A stretch of 64,000 nucleotides of DNA from an uncultured bacterium (lineage in GTDB: Bacteria; Omnitrophota; Omnitrophia; Omnitrophales; Abzuiibacteriaceae). Shown in pieces: positions 48,828-58,827 of this stretch. Location of the stretch: the NCBI GenBank assembly GCA_964387845.1, contig CAYLXA010000003.1, positions 1 to 64,000 on the forward strand, read 5' to 3'. A model generated the notes under the pieces. It made no database searches. It had not been told where the DNA came from and worked only from the letters and a program-made list of their open reading frames with translations. Position 1 is the first letter of the stretch, and each line of letters begins with the position of its first letter. The translations under genes and the position numbers were made by a program.

Positions 48828-49300
48828 ATAACATAAGAAATAAAAATACCTAAAAACGCGCCGGCAAAAACTTCGATTGGCGTATGCCCTAGAAGTTCTT
48901 TGAGCCGCTTTTCACCGATCTGGCCATGTTCATACAAATCATCCGTCATTTTATTGAGCACAACCGCTTGCTTGCCAACAAGCCGCCTGACGCCCGCAGC
49001 ATCAAACATCGTGACAACCGCAAACGAAAGCGCCATCAAAAATAAAATTGATCCAAACCCGTAATAAAGTCCGGTCACAGTCGCAACCGATGCCACGCCC
49101 GCCGAATGTGAGCTCGGCATGCCGCCGGTATCAAGAAGCCACTTCAAGTTTAAGCGGCGCCTTTTAATCGCAAGCCTCAACACCTTAAGTGACTGAGCCA
49201 AACACCAAGCACAAGCCACGCCCAAGAGAGCACGCCATTCCGGAAATGGTGGATCTATGATGGGGGTCAGAGACATAGACAGCAATAAATATATTGACAA
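48815..49300 (-). CDS. Divergent PAP2-family membrane protein
   Basis: SGGMPSSHSAGVASVATV motif and ~4 TM helices. Confidence 0.65.
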   Translation of the reverse strand: MSIYLLLSMSLTPIIDPPFPEWRALLGVACAWCLAQSLKVLRLAIKRRRLNLKWLLDTGGMPSSHSAGVASVATVTGLYYGFGSILFLMALSFAVVTMFDAAGVRRLVGKQAVVLNKMTDDLYEHGQIGEKRLKELLGHTPIEVFAGAFLGIFISYVICMW

Positions 49301-49486
49301 AAATGCATATTTATGTTAAATATAAACAATATCTTTCAAAGCCGCCTTAAGAGTTGAGGAATTATACTAGTATAGCTTCAGCCAAAAGGCAAGCACTTGT
49401 CATTGCCTGAAAAAGCTTTGAATCCTCCCGCGCTTCCTCCATAAATGATTGAAATTAAATAACTTACATCAATAGGAGGAATCTCT

Positions 49487-51016
49487 ATGATCGCAAAAGT
49501 CTATAGCGCTTCGTGCTTTGGTATTGATGCACGCGCTGTTGAAATTGAAGTCGACGTCTCGGGTGGGCTGCCTCAAACCACCATCGTCGGCTTGCCGGAT
49601 CAGGCAGTCAAAGAAAGCAAGGAGCGTGTGAAATCGGCTATCAAAAATAGCGGATTTCCCTTTTCGCCCAAGAAGTTGACCATTAACTTGGCGCCTGCGG
49701 ATTTAAAAAAGGAAGGGCCGTCGTTCGACCTTGCAATCGCCTTAGGCATTTTGATCTCGGAAGGCCAGCTAAATCCGGAATCGATCGGGCAATTTCTATT
49801 CCTGGGTGAACTGGCGCTGGACGGAACAATGCGGAAAGTGAAAGGAGCGCTTCCGGCCGCTCAACTTGCGAAGAAAATGAAGCGTACATTAATTGTGCCT
49901 TCACAAAATGCCGAAGAAGCAGCCATTGAGCCGGATGTGGTTGTTTTGCACGCTCAATCCTTAAAACAGGTTGTCAGTTATCTCAACTCCGAAACCAATT
50001 TGCCGAGAGCAGCCTTCAACGGAAATTTTGACGAGCTTCATTTCTCTGCGTTGAGGTTTGATTTTTCGGAAGTGCGCGGCCAATGGCATGCCAAACGCGC
50101 CATTGAAGTTGCAGTCGCTGGCGGCCACAATATTCTGATGATCGGCCCGCCGGGCGCCGGAAAAACCATGCTCGCGCGCCGGATTCCGGGCATTCTGCCG
50201 CCACTCAGGCGAGAAGAAGCCATTGAGATTTCGAAAATCTACAGCGCCGCCGGCCTGTTTCAGGATGGGAGCGTCACTTTGATGAAACGCCCGTTTCGAT
50301 CACCACATCACACGATTTCTCAAATCGGCCTCGCGGGCGGCGGCAGCTTCCCGAGGCCGGGCGAAATTTCACTCGCACATGGCGGTGTTTTATTCTTGGA
50401 TGAATTTCCGGAATTCCACCGGGACGTGATTGAAGCGCTCAGAAGCCCGCTCGAGGAAGGGTCGATTTTGATATCACGTGCGCGGCAAAATTTGGAATTT
50501 CCGGCAAGATTTCTGCTTGTTTGTGCGATGAACCCATGCCCGTGCGGATATTTGACGAGCCGCAAGCAAGCGTGCCGTTGCAGCATTATTCAGATTCAGA
50601 AATACCTCAATAAAATTTCGGGCCCTATTTTCGACCGCATCGATATTCATCTTGAAATCCCGCAGATTGAATACAAGGATTTGGCCGGAACCGAAACTTC
50701 GGAGAGTTCCTCAGAAATCAGGAAACGGATTATGGGAGCCAGAAAAATTCAGCTCGCAAGATTCTCCGAATTTCGATTTTCGGTTAATGCCGAAATGAAT
50801 CCTCGTGAGATCAAAAAATTCTGCAAGCTTTCAAAGCAATCGGAATCTCTTTTGGAGCGTGCCATGAAGGAGCTGGAATTCAGTGCGCGTGGTTACCATA
50901 AAATTATAAAACTTGGGCGAACCATTGCAGACTTGGCTGGGTCGGAAACGATTGAGCCGGAATTTATTGCGGAAGCACTGCAATACCGTTCTCTTGACCG
51001 TAATTATTTCGGTTAG
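49487..51016 (+). CDS. comM: YifB/ComM family Mg-chelatase-like AAA+ ATPase
   Basis: Lon-like N-domain, MCM-type AAA+ core (GPPGAGKT), and a C-terminal Mg_chelatase_C domain. Confidence 0.9.
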   Translation: MIAKVYSASCFGIDARAVEIEVDVSGGLPQTTIVGLPDQAVKESKERVKSAIKNSGFPFSPKKLTINLAPADLKKEGPSFDLAIALGILISEGQLNPESIGQFLFLGELALDGTMRKVKGALPAAQLAKKMKRTLIVPSQNAEEAAIEPDVVVLHAQSLKQVVSYLNSETNLPRAAFNGNFDELHFSALRFDFSEVRGQWHAKRAIEVAVAGGHNILMIGPPGAGKTMLARRIPGILPPLRREEAIEISKIYSAAGLFQDGSVTLMKRPFRSPHHTISQIGLAGGGSFPRPGEISLAHGGVLFLDEFPEFHRDVIEALRSPLEEGSILISRARQNLEFPARFLLVCAMNPCPCGYLTSRKQACRCSIIQIQKYLNKISGPIFDRIDIHLEIPQIEYKDLAGTETSESSSEIRKRIMGARKIQLARFSEFRFSVNAEMNPREIKKFCKLSKQSESLLERAMKELEFSARGYHKIIKLGRTIADLAGSETIEPEFIAEALQYRSLDRNYFG

Positions 51017-51017
51017 T

Positions 51018-52169
51018 TTACCAACGTTTTAATATCAGCCGGATTTTATCAAGAATGTAGGCTTGTTCCTGAACGCTTAATTCATTGTAGAAAGGAAGCC
51101 TTAATATTCTCTCGCTCACACTCTCCGTGACGGGTAAGTCGCCCCGGCGATATCCCCACTGTTTTCCCATGGGCGATAAATGAAGCGGGATATAGTGAAA
51201 AATGGACATCACCCCGTATTTTTTCAGCCCCGCCATCATTTTGTCTCTTTGCCGGCGGGTTGGAAATACCATGTAAAACATATGCGCATTGCCCCGGCAA
51301 TGCTTCGGAATAACGGGAAGTCGAAAATAGCCTTGCCGTTCAAATACTTTCAAATAATCGTGATAACGCCGGTAGATACGGTCTCTTTTTTCTTCAATCT
51401 CATCCAAATTTTCAAGCTGTGCATACAAAAATGCGGAAATCAATTCCGACGGGAGAAATGAAGATCCGATATCACGCCAGGTATATTTGTCCACCTCTCC
51501 CCGGAAAAACCGGCACCTGTCTGTGCCTTTCTCCCAAACCATTTCCGCCCGGCTGATGTATTTCTCCCGGTTGATCAGAAGCGCGCCGCCTTCTCCGCTA
51601 ATGCAATTTTTGGTTTCATGGAAACTCAATGTTCCAAAATCGCCGATTGTGCCCAAATATTTTCCTTTGTACTTTGCGTTGATCCCCTGCGCAGCATCCT
51701 CAACCACTTTTAATCCGTAATGGCTGGCCGTTTTCATTATTTCGTCCATTTCGCAGCCGACACCCGCATAATGAACCGGGAAAATAGCTTTTACTTTTTT
51801 ATTTACACTTTTTCTGACCAGCGTTTCATCCAGATTCAAGGTATCGGGCCGGATATCAACAAACTTCGGAACCGCACCGCGGAGAACAAATGCATTGACG
51901 GTAGAAACAAAAGTGAAGGAAGGTGCGATAACTTGATCGTTTGGCTTGAGGTCAATCAAAATAGATGCCATCTCCAACGCAGTCGTGCAGGAAGTTGTGA
52001 GAAGCGTTTTTTTGACACCAAATTTCTTTTCGATAAGCGACTGGCATTTTTGCGTAAAAATTCCGTCTCCGGAAATTTTCCCGCTCCGGACAGCATCACG
52101 AATGTACTGCAGCTCACTTCCGACAAAACAGGGGCGGTTGAACGGGATTTTTATTTTTGATTGAGCCAT
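51018..52169 (-). CDS. DegT/DnrJ/EryC1/StrS family PLP-dependent sugar aminotransferase (WecE/ArnB-like)
   Basis: Family blocks throughout, including the active-site Lys region SFHETKN. Confidence 0.85.
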   Translation of the reverse strand: MAQSKIKIPFNRPCFVGSELQYIRDAVRSGKISGDGIFTQKCQSLIEKKFGVKKTLLTTSCTTALEMASILIDLKPNDQVIAPSFTFVSTVNAFVLRGAVPKFVDIRPDTLNLDETLVRKSVNKKVKAIFPVHYAGVGCEMDEIMKTASHYGLKVVEDAAQGINAKYKGKYLGTIGDFGTLSFHETKNCISGEGGALLINREKYISRAEMVWEKGTDRCRFFRGEVDKYTWRDIGSSFLPSELISAFLYAQLENLDEIEEKRDRIYRRYHDYLKVFERQGYFRLPVIPKHCRGNAHMFYMVFPTRRQRDKMMAGLKKYGVMSIFHYIPLHLSPMGKQWGYRRGDLPVTESVSERILRLPFYNELSVQEQAYILDKIRLILKRW

Positions 52170-52879
52170 AAATGATAAACAGGTGTTTTAGAAATAATTT
52201 TAAATCCCGATTTTTGATAAGCCAAAACGGCACCCATATTGGCCTCCTGCGTCACTACTTTAAGTTTTTTCACGCCCAACCGAGCCGCTTCGGCCTTGGC
52301 GGCTCCAAGCAAGCTTCGGCCGATTCCTTTTCCCTGAAACTTTTTCGAAACCCCGAATAGGTCAATGTACAAATCCTTCCCCTTTTTTCGAAGTGTCACT
52401 AAGCCAACGATCCGATTGCCAATTTTATAACCAAGCGCAGACCGGCAATAACCCGATAAAACAGATTTCTTAATCCAGAGTCTATAAAGTTTTTTAGAAG
52501 CCGCCGGACCAAATCTTGGATCAATATAAAACCTGCTCTTCTTACAAATTTCGTTTTCGGCAATTTTGATACAGTCGTTCAGATACGATTTTTGTCTCTT
52601 AACAATGTGTATATTTTTGTCTGATATAAAATTAAATTTTCTCGATAACAGAACTTCTAATATCACTTTGCTGCCTGCTGAAAAAAACCGGCGCCTCAGA
52701 AAAGAATGCAGGGCCGGCCGGCTGTTTTGATTTTCAAAATACAGGCAGCGGTATGCCTTTTGATTGGCTTCGTGCAAAACCGGATTTAATTGGCTCAAAG
52801 CATCGGTGAGCTTAACGATTTTTCCGATTTTTAAGCCAAAAAAACGTGAATCCCAGCTCAAATATTTGATGGTTCGCAT
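52151..52879 (-). CDS. GNAT N-acetyltransferase with an N-terminal extension (WecD-like architecture)
   Basis: C-terminal GNAT motif A (QGKGIGRSLL). The ~100-aa N-domain resembles the TDP-fucosamine acetyltransferase layout. Confidence 0.65.
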   Translation of the reverse strand: MRTIKYLSWDSRFFGLKIGKIVKLTDALSQLNPVLHEANQKAYRCLYFENQNSRPALHSFLRRRFFSAGSKVILEVLLSRKFNFISDKNIHIVKRQKSYLNDCIKIAENEICKKSRFYIDPRFGPAASKKLYRLWIKKSVLSGYCRSALGYKIGNRIVGLVTLRKKGKDLYIDLFGVSKKFQGKGIGRSLLGAAKAEAARLGVKKLKVVTQEANMGAVLAYQKSGFKIISKTPVYHLWLNQK

Positions 52880-53805
52880 TAGCCGAGAGTTGACCGGACC
52901 ATATACTGCGGCTTCTTATTCAGGTTCAAGTGAACGCGTCCAATGTATTCGCCAATAATACCCAACGACAGCAGCTGAACTCCTGAGAAAAACGTGATGA
53001 GCGTTACGAGAGCCGTGAACCCCATGACCGGAGTTCCGAAAATAATCTTTTTTATGAAAAAGTAAAATCCAATTAAAAATCCGAATAGCGAAAAAACAAT
53101 CCCCAATATAGAAGCCGCCTGTAATGGGACGGTGGAAAAATTGGTCAGCATATTGACGCTCAAGTTGACCAATTTATTAATGTTGTAGTTGGACTTTCCG
53201 ATTTGCCTGGGAAGATGCGAAACCGGGATAGTCGCGATTTTTTGTGTGTACCAAGCAAGCAACCCGTCAATAAAAGTGAAATTGAGTTCATACGCCATCG
53301 CAGCTTCGACAATTTCCCTTCGCATAATTCTAAAGGAGGTCAAATTATTTTTGAGGCCGAATGCTTTTTTGTAAATATACTGCACAAGCGAGGAACCTAT
53401 ATTTCTAAACCAATGATGCTTTTTTGTTTCGTAAGACCCATACACGACATCGTAGCCCTCTTGGATTTTCTGGATAAGTTTTGGAATATCTTCCGGCAAT
53501 ATTTGCAGATCATCATCAATGGTCACAATGTAATCCCCTTTTGCATAGCGAAACCCGCACATCAGAGCGTTGTGCTGGCCAAAATTACGCATTAGCTGAA
53601 TCGCTTTGATTCTGCTGTTGGTTTTGCACAACTCCGTAATCACCTGCCATGAGCGGTCTTTGCTGGCGTCGTCGATCAAGATAAGATCGTAGTGATCCGC
53701 AATAGGTTTCAAAACCTGGTCAAGCCGGCCGCAAAGCTCCTTCAAAGTTTGCTCGCTGTTATAGACCGGCACACATACTGAAAGTGATATTTTTTTCTGT
53801 GTCAT
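52879..53805 (-). CDS. GT2 polyprenyl-phosphate sugar transferase (ArnC/GtrB-like)
   Basis: LSVCVPVYN...IDDASKD (DxD) catalytic domain plus two C-terminal TM helices. Confidence 0.8.
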   Translation of the reverse strand: MTQKKISLSVCVPVYNSEQTLKELCGRLDQVLKPIADHYDLILIDDASKDRSWQVITELCKTNSRIKAIQLMRNFGQHNALMCGFRYAKGDYIVTIDDDLQILPEDIPKLIQKIQEGYDVVYGSYETKKHHWFRNIGSSLVQYIYKKAFGLKNNLTSFRIMRREIVEAAMAYELNFTFIDGLLAWYTQKIATIPVSHLPRQIGKSNYNINKLVNLSVNMLTNFSTVPLQAASILGIVFSLFGFLIGFYFFIKKIIFGTPVMGFTALVTLITFFSGVQLLSLGIIGEYIGRVHLNLNKKPQYMVRSTLG

Positions 53806-53822
53806 TTTTGATTTTCCTTAGT

Positions 53823-55583
53823 TCAAAATGCCTTCTGGACTTTAAAGTCTTTTTCTTCGAGCGCACGTATTTTAAGCAGATCCGGTATCTTGAAATGGTC
53901 CGGTACGTTATTTATCATAGACTCTATTCTGGGTAAATAAAATTCGGCGGGCTCTAAAATGGTTACATTGTCTTTTTTCTTATATATTTTCTTAATGTTC
54001 CTGATAACAACTAATTTTTCTTCCTGGCTCAACAATTTCCACCATGCAACCGTTCCAATCTTAAAATCTTTTCGGATATAAATGCGATTATCGCCCAATT
54101 CGATATCGATTGTATAATTTTCATCAATTTCCCGATTGACCAGGTTTTGAGCATTTTCGTTCAGATATACGATACCCTTTTTGGGCATCAAAATAAGGGC
54201 GGGCTTCTTCTCAAAAATTTCTCTTACCATGCCTTCTTGAGTGACTTTTTTTCCTTCAAAAGCGCTAATAAACGCTTCTTTTTCAAGGTTTGATGGGTGT
54301 GCTTGTTTAGTGGGAATCAAAGAATCTGTAAACCAATAAAGAATATGATGAGTAGCAAAGAAAACATAACGACCTGATAAATTGTACGTCTTCTCCAAAT
54401 ACTGATTCAAAACATTAACGCGGTCCGGCCTGTCCAATTGTTCGTACTTAATTCTCAATGGATACAACGTCCATAAAAAACTAGAAGCAACCATAAGTGC
54501 AATAATCCATTTCCATCTACCTAAACTAAAACCGTAAGCAATCAATAAACCGGCTGTGATAGACAGCATGGGTAATAGCGGAATTAAATAATGGCCATAT
54601 CCCCATCCCGTTGTGAGTATGGAAAGCAGCATTGAAATAAAAAATATTAAAAAAATTCGGGTGGTTTTTCTCTGCTCGTCATTAAAAACTTGGCTTAAAC
54701 ATCCCAGCAAAAACCCGGCCAGCGAAGCAAGCCAGATAAAAAAACGGTGCGAAACAATCGACATTTTAAATAAATCTATCGTCCGCTCAACTCTTCCCAT
54801 GCTGATTCCCAGAAATGATTTCTCGCTCTGTGCTTCAATGTAAACTAAACAAGCATCAATCATTGTTCTTTTCAGCGTATCGAATTCATGATTTGCAAAA
54901 TAAACAGCCGAGACTGCAAAAATAGGAAATAGATACCCAAGAAAAAACGACAGGCTGTCAGAAAGCGCTCTTTTTTTATCCTGACGAAAATGCCTTAGTA
55001 AAACAACCAGAAATGCTACGAGTACAAAATAAACGATATTGTGCCGAACCAAAGTTGCGATCGATAAAAAAACACCGGCCCAAAATACATGGCTTTTCTT
55101 TTTCCCGGTTATTAAAAACCACAAAAAAAGGCTGATTGGGACCGACGCGATGTGTTCACCCATGGTGGATTGACCGGAATGAAACGTGCTGGAATAAATA
55201 ATATGGATAACACCCGCCCAAAATCCCGCTAAGCGCCCATAAATTCTTTTTCCAAGGAGATAGATAATAAATGCGGTTGACAAGATACACAAAAGGCCCA
55301 AAACGCGTATCGCAATGATGCTTTTCCCGAATAAAAGGATGGTCAGCGCAAATGGCAGGTATAAAAGAGGCGGATAGCCACACCAATAATTCGTGAGCGG
55401 CAGATAACCGTTCACCACATCTTGGGCTATTAGAATGCTTGTGCTTTCATCCCAATCAATTTCATATGGAAAAAAATCCGGTAAACGGATGAGAAGAGCA
55501 AGGCAAAGAAAGAAAATGAGGGCCCAGAATTTATTGTCGATTAAGCGGTCAAATTTGTCTAACTTGACGCTAGGCGCTTGCAT
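53823..55583 (-). CDS. GT-C fold membrane glycosyltransferase (ArnT/PMT, GT39/GT83-like)
   Basis: At least 11 TM helices and a C-terminal periplasmic domain. Clustered with DegT, GNAT and GT2 genes. Confidence 0.6.
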   Translation of the reverse strand: MQAPSVKLDKFDRLIDNKFWALIFFLCLALLIRLPDFFPYEIDWDESTSILIAQDVVNGYLPLTNYWCGYPPLLYLPFALTILLFGKSIIAIRVLGLLCILSTAFIIYLLGKRIYGRLAGFWAGVIHIIYSSTFHSGQSTMGEHIASVPISLFLWFLITGKKKSHVFWAGVFLSIATLVRHNIVYFVLVAFLVVLLRHFRQDKKRALSDSLSFFLGYLFPIFAVSAVYFANHEFDTLKRTMIDACLVYIEAQSEKSFLGISMGRVERTIDLFKMSIVSHRFFIWLASLAGFLLGCLSQVFNDEQRKTTRIFLIFFISMLLSILTTGWGYGHYLIPLLPMLSITAGLLIAYGFSLGRWKWIIALMVASSFLWTLYPLRIKYEQLDRPDRVNVLNQYLEKTYNLSGRYVFFATHHILYWFTDSLIPTKQAHPSNLEKEAFISAFEGKKVTQEGMVREIFEKKPALILMPKKGIVYLNENAQNLVNREIDENYTIDIELGDNRIYIRKDFKIGTVAWWKLLSQEEKLVVIRNIKKIYKKKDNVTILEPAEFYLPRIESMINNVPDHFKIPDLLKIRALEEKDFKVQKAF

Positions 55584-55601
55584 TATCGGATGATTATTGA
55601 A

Positions 55602-56138
55602 CTAACTATTTGTAATTTTTCCACGCTTAGGATTGAGCAGTTCGTTGATATCCAGCATCATTTCTTCTCGGCTGTAGGCGGCAATATCCAAAATTTGTGT
55701 ATCCATCCTGATCGCATCTTCGGGGCATGCTTCCACGCAAAACCCGCAATAAACGCATTTTCCGAGATCGATGTCGAAACTTGAGGGGCGCTTTTCAATA
55801 TTGGGATCGGGATGCTCTTCGGCAACAATATAAATACAGCGTGCCGGACACACGGTTTCACACATCATGCAAGCTACGCAGCGCGGGCTTCCGTCGTCGC
55901 GCTTGGTCAAGCGGTGGCGCGTCCGTGAGCGGTGAGCAAGCGGCGTTTGCTGATCGGGATACTGAACCGTTACAGAAGCCGGAATATTTCTGAATAATCC
56001 GAAAAGATGAAGAATGTGAAGCGTAAAATTCTTTAAGAAATGGCGCGTCGTAATCCAAAGCCCAAAAAAAATCGCGGGCAGATAAATCCGCTGCCAAAAT
56101 GTCATTTTTGGTTGATGAATGACTTTTGTTTTAATCAT
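55602..56138 (-). CDS. nuoI: NADH-quinone oxidoreductase subunit I
   Basis: Two CxxCxxCxxxCP motifs. Confidence 0.9.
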   Translation of the reverse strand: MIKTKVIHQPKMTFWQRIYLPAIFFGLWITTRHFLKNFTLHILHLFGLFRNIPASVTVQYPDQQTPLAHRSRTRHRLTKRDDGSPRCVACMMCETVCPARCIYIVAEEHPDPNIEKRPSSFDIDLGKCVYCGFCVEACPEDAIRMDTQILDIAAYSREEMMLDINELLNPKRGKITNS

Positions 56139-57250
56139 CGCCAGTTTTCCAAGATTAAAATGATAACGGCCGTTACAAAAACATTCGCAAGTGCAATCGG
56201 GAAAATGATTTTCCAGCCGAGCCGGAGCAACTGGTCATACCGGAACCTGGGCAAAGTCCAGCGGATCATCATGAACAGCCAGCAGAAAAAGAAAACTTTC
56301 AGGCTGAAACTCGCGATTTGTAGGATAGAAACCGTCATGGAGGATAGCAGCCAGGTTTCGCCCCAGGGAAAATAAAATCCGTCCGAAAAAAGCCACGGTA
56401 CCTGCCAGCCGCCGAAGAAAAGTGTGGTCGCGAGGCACGCAATCATGATGGTTTCCACAAAATCCGTGAGGAAAAACATGCCGAATTTCATGCCGCTATA
56501 TTCCACAAAGTAGCCGACAATTTCCGATTCACCTTCCGGCACATCAAACGGCACGCGCTTCGTTTCCGCAATACCGGCCGCTAAAAATAGGAAAAATCCG
56601 AGCGGCTGAATCACAAACCCCCAATTCGGGATCCAACCATTTAAAAAATAACCGCCCTGCGCTTTCACTAATTCCTGAAGATTGAGTGTTTCATACGCCA
56701 TAACGAGACCCATGATCGTGAGACCCATCGCAATTTCGTAAGAAAGCATCTGGCTTGAAGCCCTGAGACCGCCCAGGAAAGAATAATTATTGTTGGACGA
56801 AAAACCGGCCAAAATAACGCCGTAAACGCCCATCGATGTCATCGCAAAAATATAGAGCAGTGCGACATTCAAATCCGCAACCTGCAAATTAACGGTTCGC
56901 CCTGCGATTTCAATCGTGTTGCCGAACGGAATCGCTGCAAAACCAACGAGCGCGAAGAAAACGGAAAGAAGAGGCGCGAGCGTGAATAAAAATTTGTTGG
57001 CGGTCGGCGGAATATAATCCTCTTTCGTGAACATTTTGATCATATCCGCAATGGGATGAAAAAGCCCGAAAAGCGTAACCCCAAAAATTGATGCGCGGTT
57101 TGCGCCAACCCGGTCCTGAATGACCGCGCTTTGCTTTCGCTCAAGCCATGTATGAAGCGCGGCTAAATTGAGAACTCCGCCCAAAACAATCGCAGATAAA
57201 ATGGAGGGAACTAAAATCGTTTCGATCATAAACACATGGTGGTTTCGCAT
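56135..57250 (-). CDS. nuoH: NADH-quinone oxidoreductase subunit H
   Basis: ND1-family membrane subunit. Confidence 0.9.
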   Translation of the reverse strand: MRNHHVFMIETILVPSILSAIVLGGVLNLAALHTWLERKQSAVIQDRVGANRASIFGVTLFGLFHPIADMIKMFTKEDYIPPTANKFLFTLAPLLSVFFALVGFAAIPFGNTIEIAGRTVNLQVADLNVALLYIFAMTSMGVYGVILAGFSSNNNYSFLGGLRASSQMLSYEIAMGLTIMGLVMAYETLNLQELVKAQGGYFLNGWIPNWGFVIQPLGFFLFLAAGIAETKRVPFDVPEGESEIVGYFVEYSGMKFGMFFLTDFVETIMIACLATTLFFGGWQVPWLFSDGFYFPWGETWLLSSMTVSILQIASFSLKVFFFCWLFMMIRWTLPRFRYDQLLRLGWKIIFPIALANVFVTAVIILILENWR

Positions 57251-58827
57251 TCGGCGTGCTTTTTAGCATCCAGCACCTTCCACACACCGCTCATTTTGCT
57301 ATTCATCTCTTCAAAAACACTCTTTTCGTTCGCATACTGCCATTCAAAGCCAAATTTTCCGGCCAAAATAGAGAGAATTTCCAAATCCTTTCTCGCATTT
57401 CCGATTGGTGTAAGCGCTTGTGAAAAGTGCTGCGTTTTTCCCTCAAAATTTGTGAAAGTTCCGCTCAATTCCGCATAAGCAGCGCTCGGCAGCACATAAT
57501 CACAAGCTTCAGAGGTTAAGCTGGTGTTCATCCCATGAAAAATGGTGAGTTCGATTTTCTCAAAAATCTCGGAAATCTTGGGGTCTTTCACGAGCGTCAG
57601 AAAATCCTGGCCGAATAAGTAAAGTGCTTTGAGCTTTCCCTGCTTCGCAAGCTCAACCACTTTCTCGATTTTCGCACCTGATTCTTTAAAGCCCAGAAGT
57701 TCGGCGCCTTTTCGGTTTGGATTTTTATCGGCGCGAATCAGAAAATCGTCTTCGTAGCCTTCTTTGTTTGGCGATAACAAATAAACATGAGGAAGTTTTA
57801 ATTCTTCGGAAAACAATTTTTTCGCCAAATATAACGATTCGTTCGAAAGTTGAGGCGACAATAGAACCGCTGCAGCACGCGGATCTTCTTTTACGGCATC
57901 AATCCACTTTGTTGAAACTTCAACCAAAGCATCATCCCAATCCAAAACTTCGGGTACTTTGTTGATCCTGCGCGACGGCTCCAAAATACGGTCTTGATCG
58001 ATCCACTTGTAACCATAGCGGCCTTCATCACAAATCCACCACTGGTTGATTTCCGGGTTGTAGCGCGGCTTCAGGCGCATGAGACGTTCGCCGTGTCCGT
58101 GATGTTTGCGTTCGGTGTTGACTTCCATCGAAATCGAACAGCCGCGTGAACAGCCGCTGCAAATTGAATTGGCTTTTCTCAAATACCAAACCCGCACTTT
58201 AAACCTGAAATCGCGGTCTGTGAGCGCGCCGACCGGACAAATGTCCACAACATTTCCCGAATACTTGTTATCAAGCTCTTTTCCCGGATAAAGGCCGATT
58301 TCCGCATGATCACCGCGGTTAAAGATTCCAAAGTCGTTTGTTTTCGTAATCTCATCCGAATAACGCACGCAGCGCGAACACAAAATACAGCGTTCGGAAT
58401 CTAACATCACGTTGGGCCCGATCGGAACCGCTTTTTTCTTTTTTACCTTTGATTCGTTCAGCTTCGAATCATAAAGCCCATGCTTCATGTAATAATCTTG
58501 AAGCCCGCACTCACCCGCCTGATCGCACACGGGACAATCCAAAGGATGATTAACAAGCAGAAATTCTAACACGTGCTCGCGCATGAGCTTGACTTTCTCG
58601 GTGCTGGTTTTCACCACCATGCCGTCTGTGCATTCAATGTGGCAGGAAATTTGAAGTTTCGGGGTTTTCTCGATTTCAACTAAACACATGCGGCAATTGC
58701 CCGCAATGCTCAAACCAGGATGATAGCAATAATGAGGGATGTCGATGCCAAGCTGCTTGGCGGCCTGGATGACGCGCGTTCCCTTTTCGACTGTGACTTC
58801 TTTTCCGTCAATGGTTAATGTTGGCAT
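57226..58827 (-). CDS. nuoG: NADH-quinone oxidoreductase subunit G (short form, 533 aa)
   Basis: N-terminal 2Fe-2S and 4Fe-4S Cys clusters. Confidence 0.85.
   Translation of the reverse strand: MPTLTIDGKEVTVEKGTRVIQAAKQLGIDIPHYCYHPGLSIAGNCRMCLVEIEKTPKLQISCHIECTDGMVVKTSTEKVKLMREHVLEFLLVNHPLDCPVCDQAGECGLQDYYMKHGLYDSKLNESKVKKKKAVPIGPNVMLDSERCILCSRCVRYSDEITKTNDFGIFNRGDHAEIGLYPGKELDNKYSGNVVDICPVGALTDRDFRFKVRVWYLRKANSICSGCSRGCSISMEVNTERKHHGHGERLMRLKPRYNPEINQWWICDEGRYGYKWIDQDRILEPSRRINKVPEVLDWDDALVEVSTKWIDAVKEDPRAAAVLLSPQLSNESLYLAKKLFSEELKLPHVYLLSPNKEGYEDDFLIRADKNPNRKGAELLGFKESGAKIEKVVELAKQGKLKALYLFGQDFLTLVKDPKISEIFEKIELTIFHGMNTSLTSEACDYVLPSAAYAELSGTFTNFEGKTQHFSQALTPIGNARKDLEILSILAGKFGFEWQYANEKSVFEEMNSKMSGVWKVLDAKKHAECETTMCL

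Noticed and set aside
49301-49486. TTGACA-N17-TTAAAT sigma-70-like promoter at 49323-49351 for comM
   Set aside because: The -10 match is weak and lies ~140 nt from the start codon. Not supported well enough to list as a feature.
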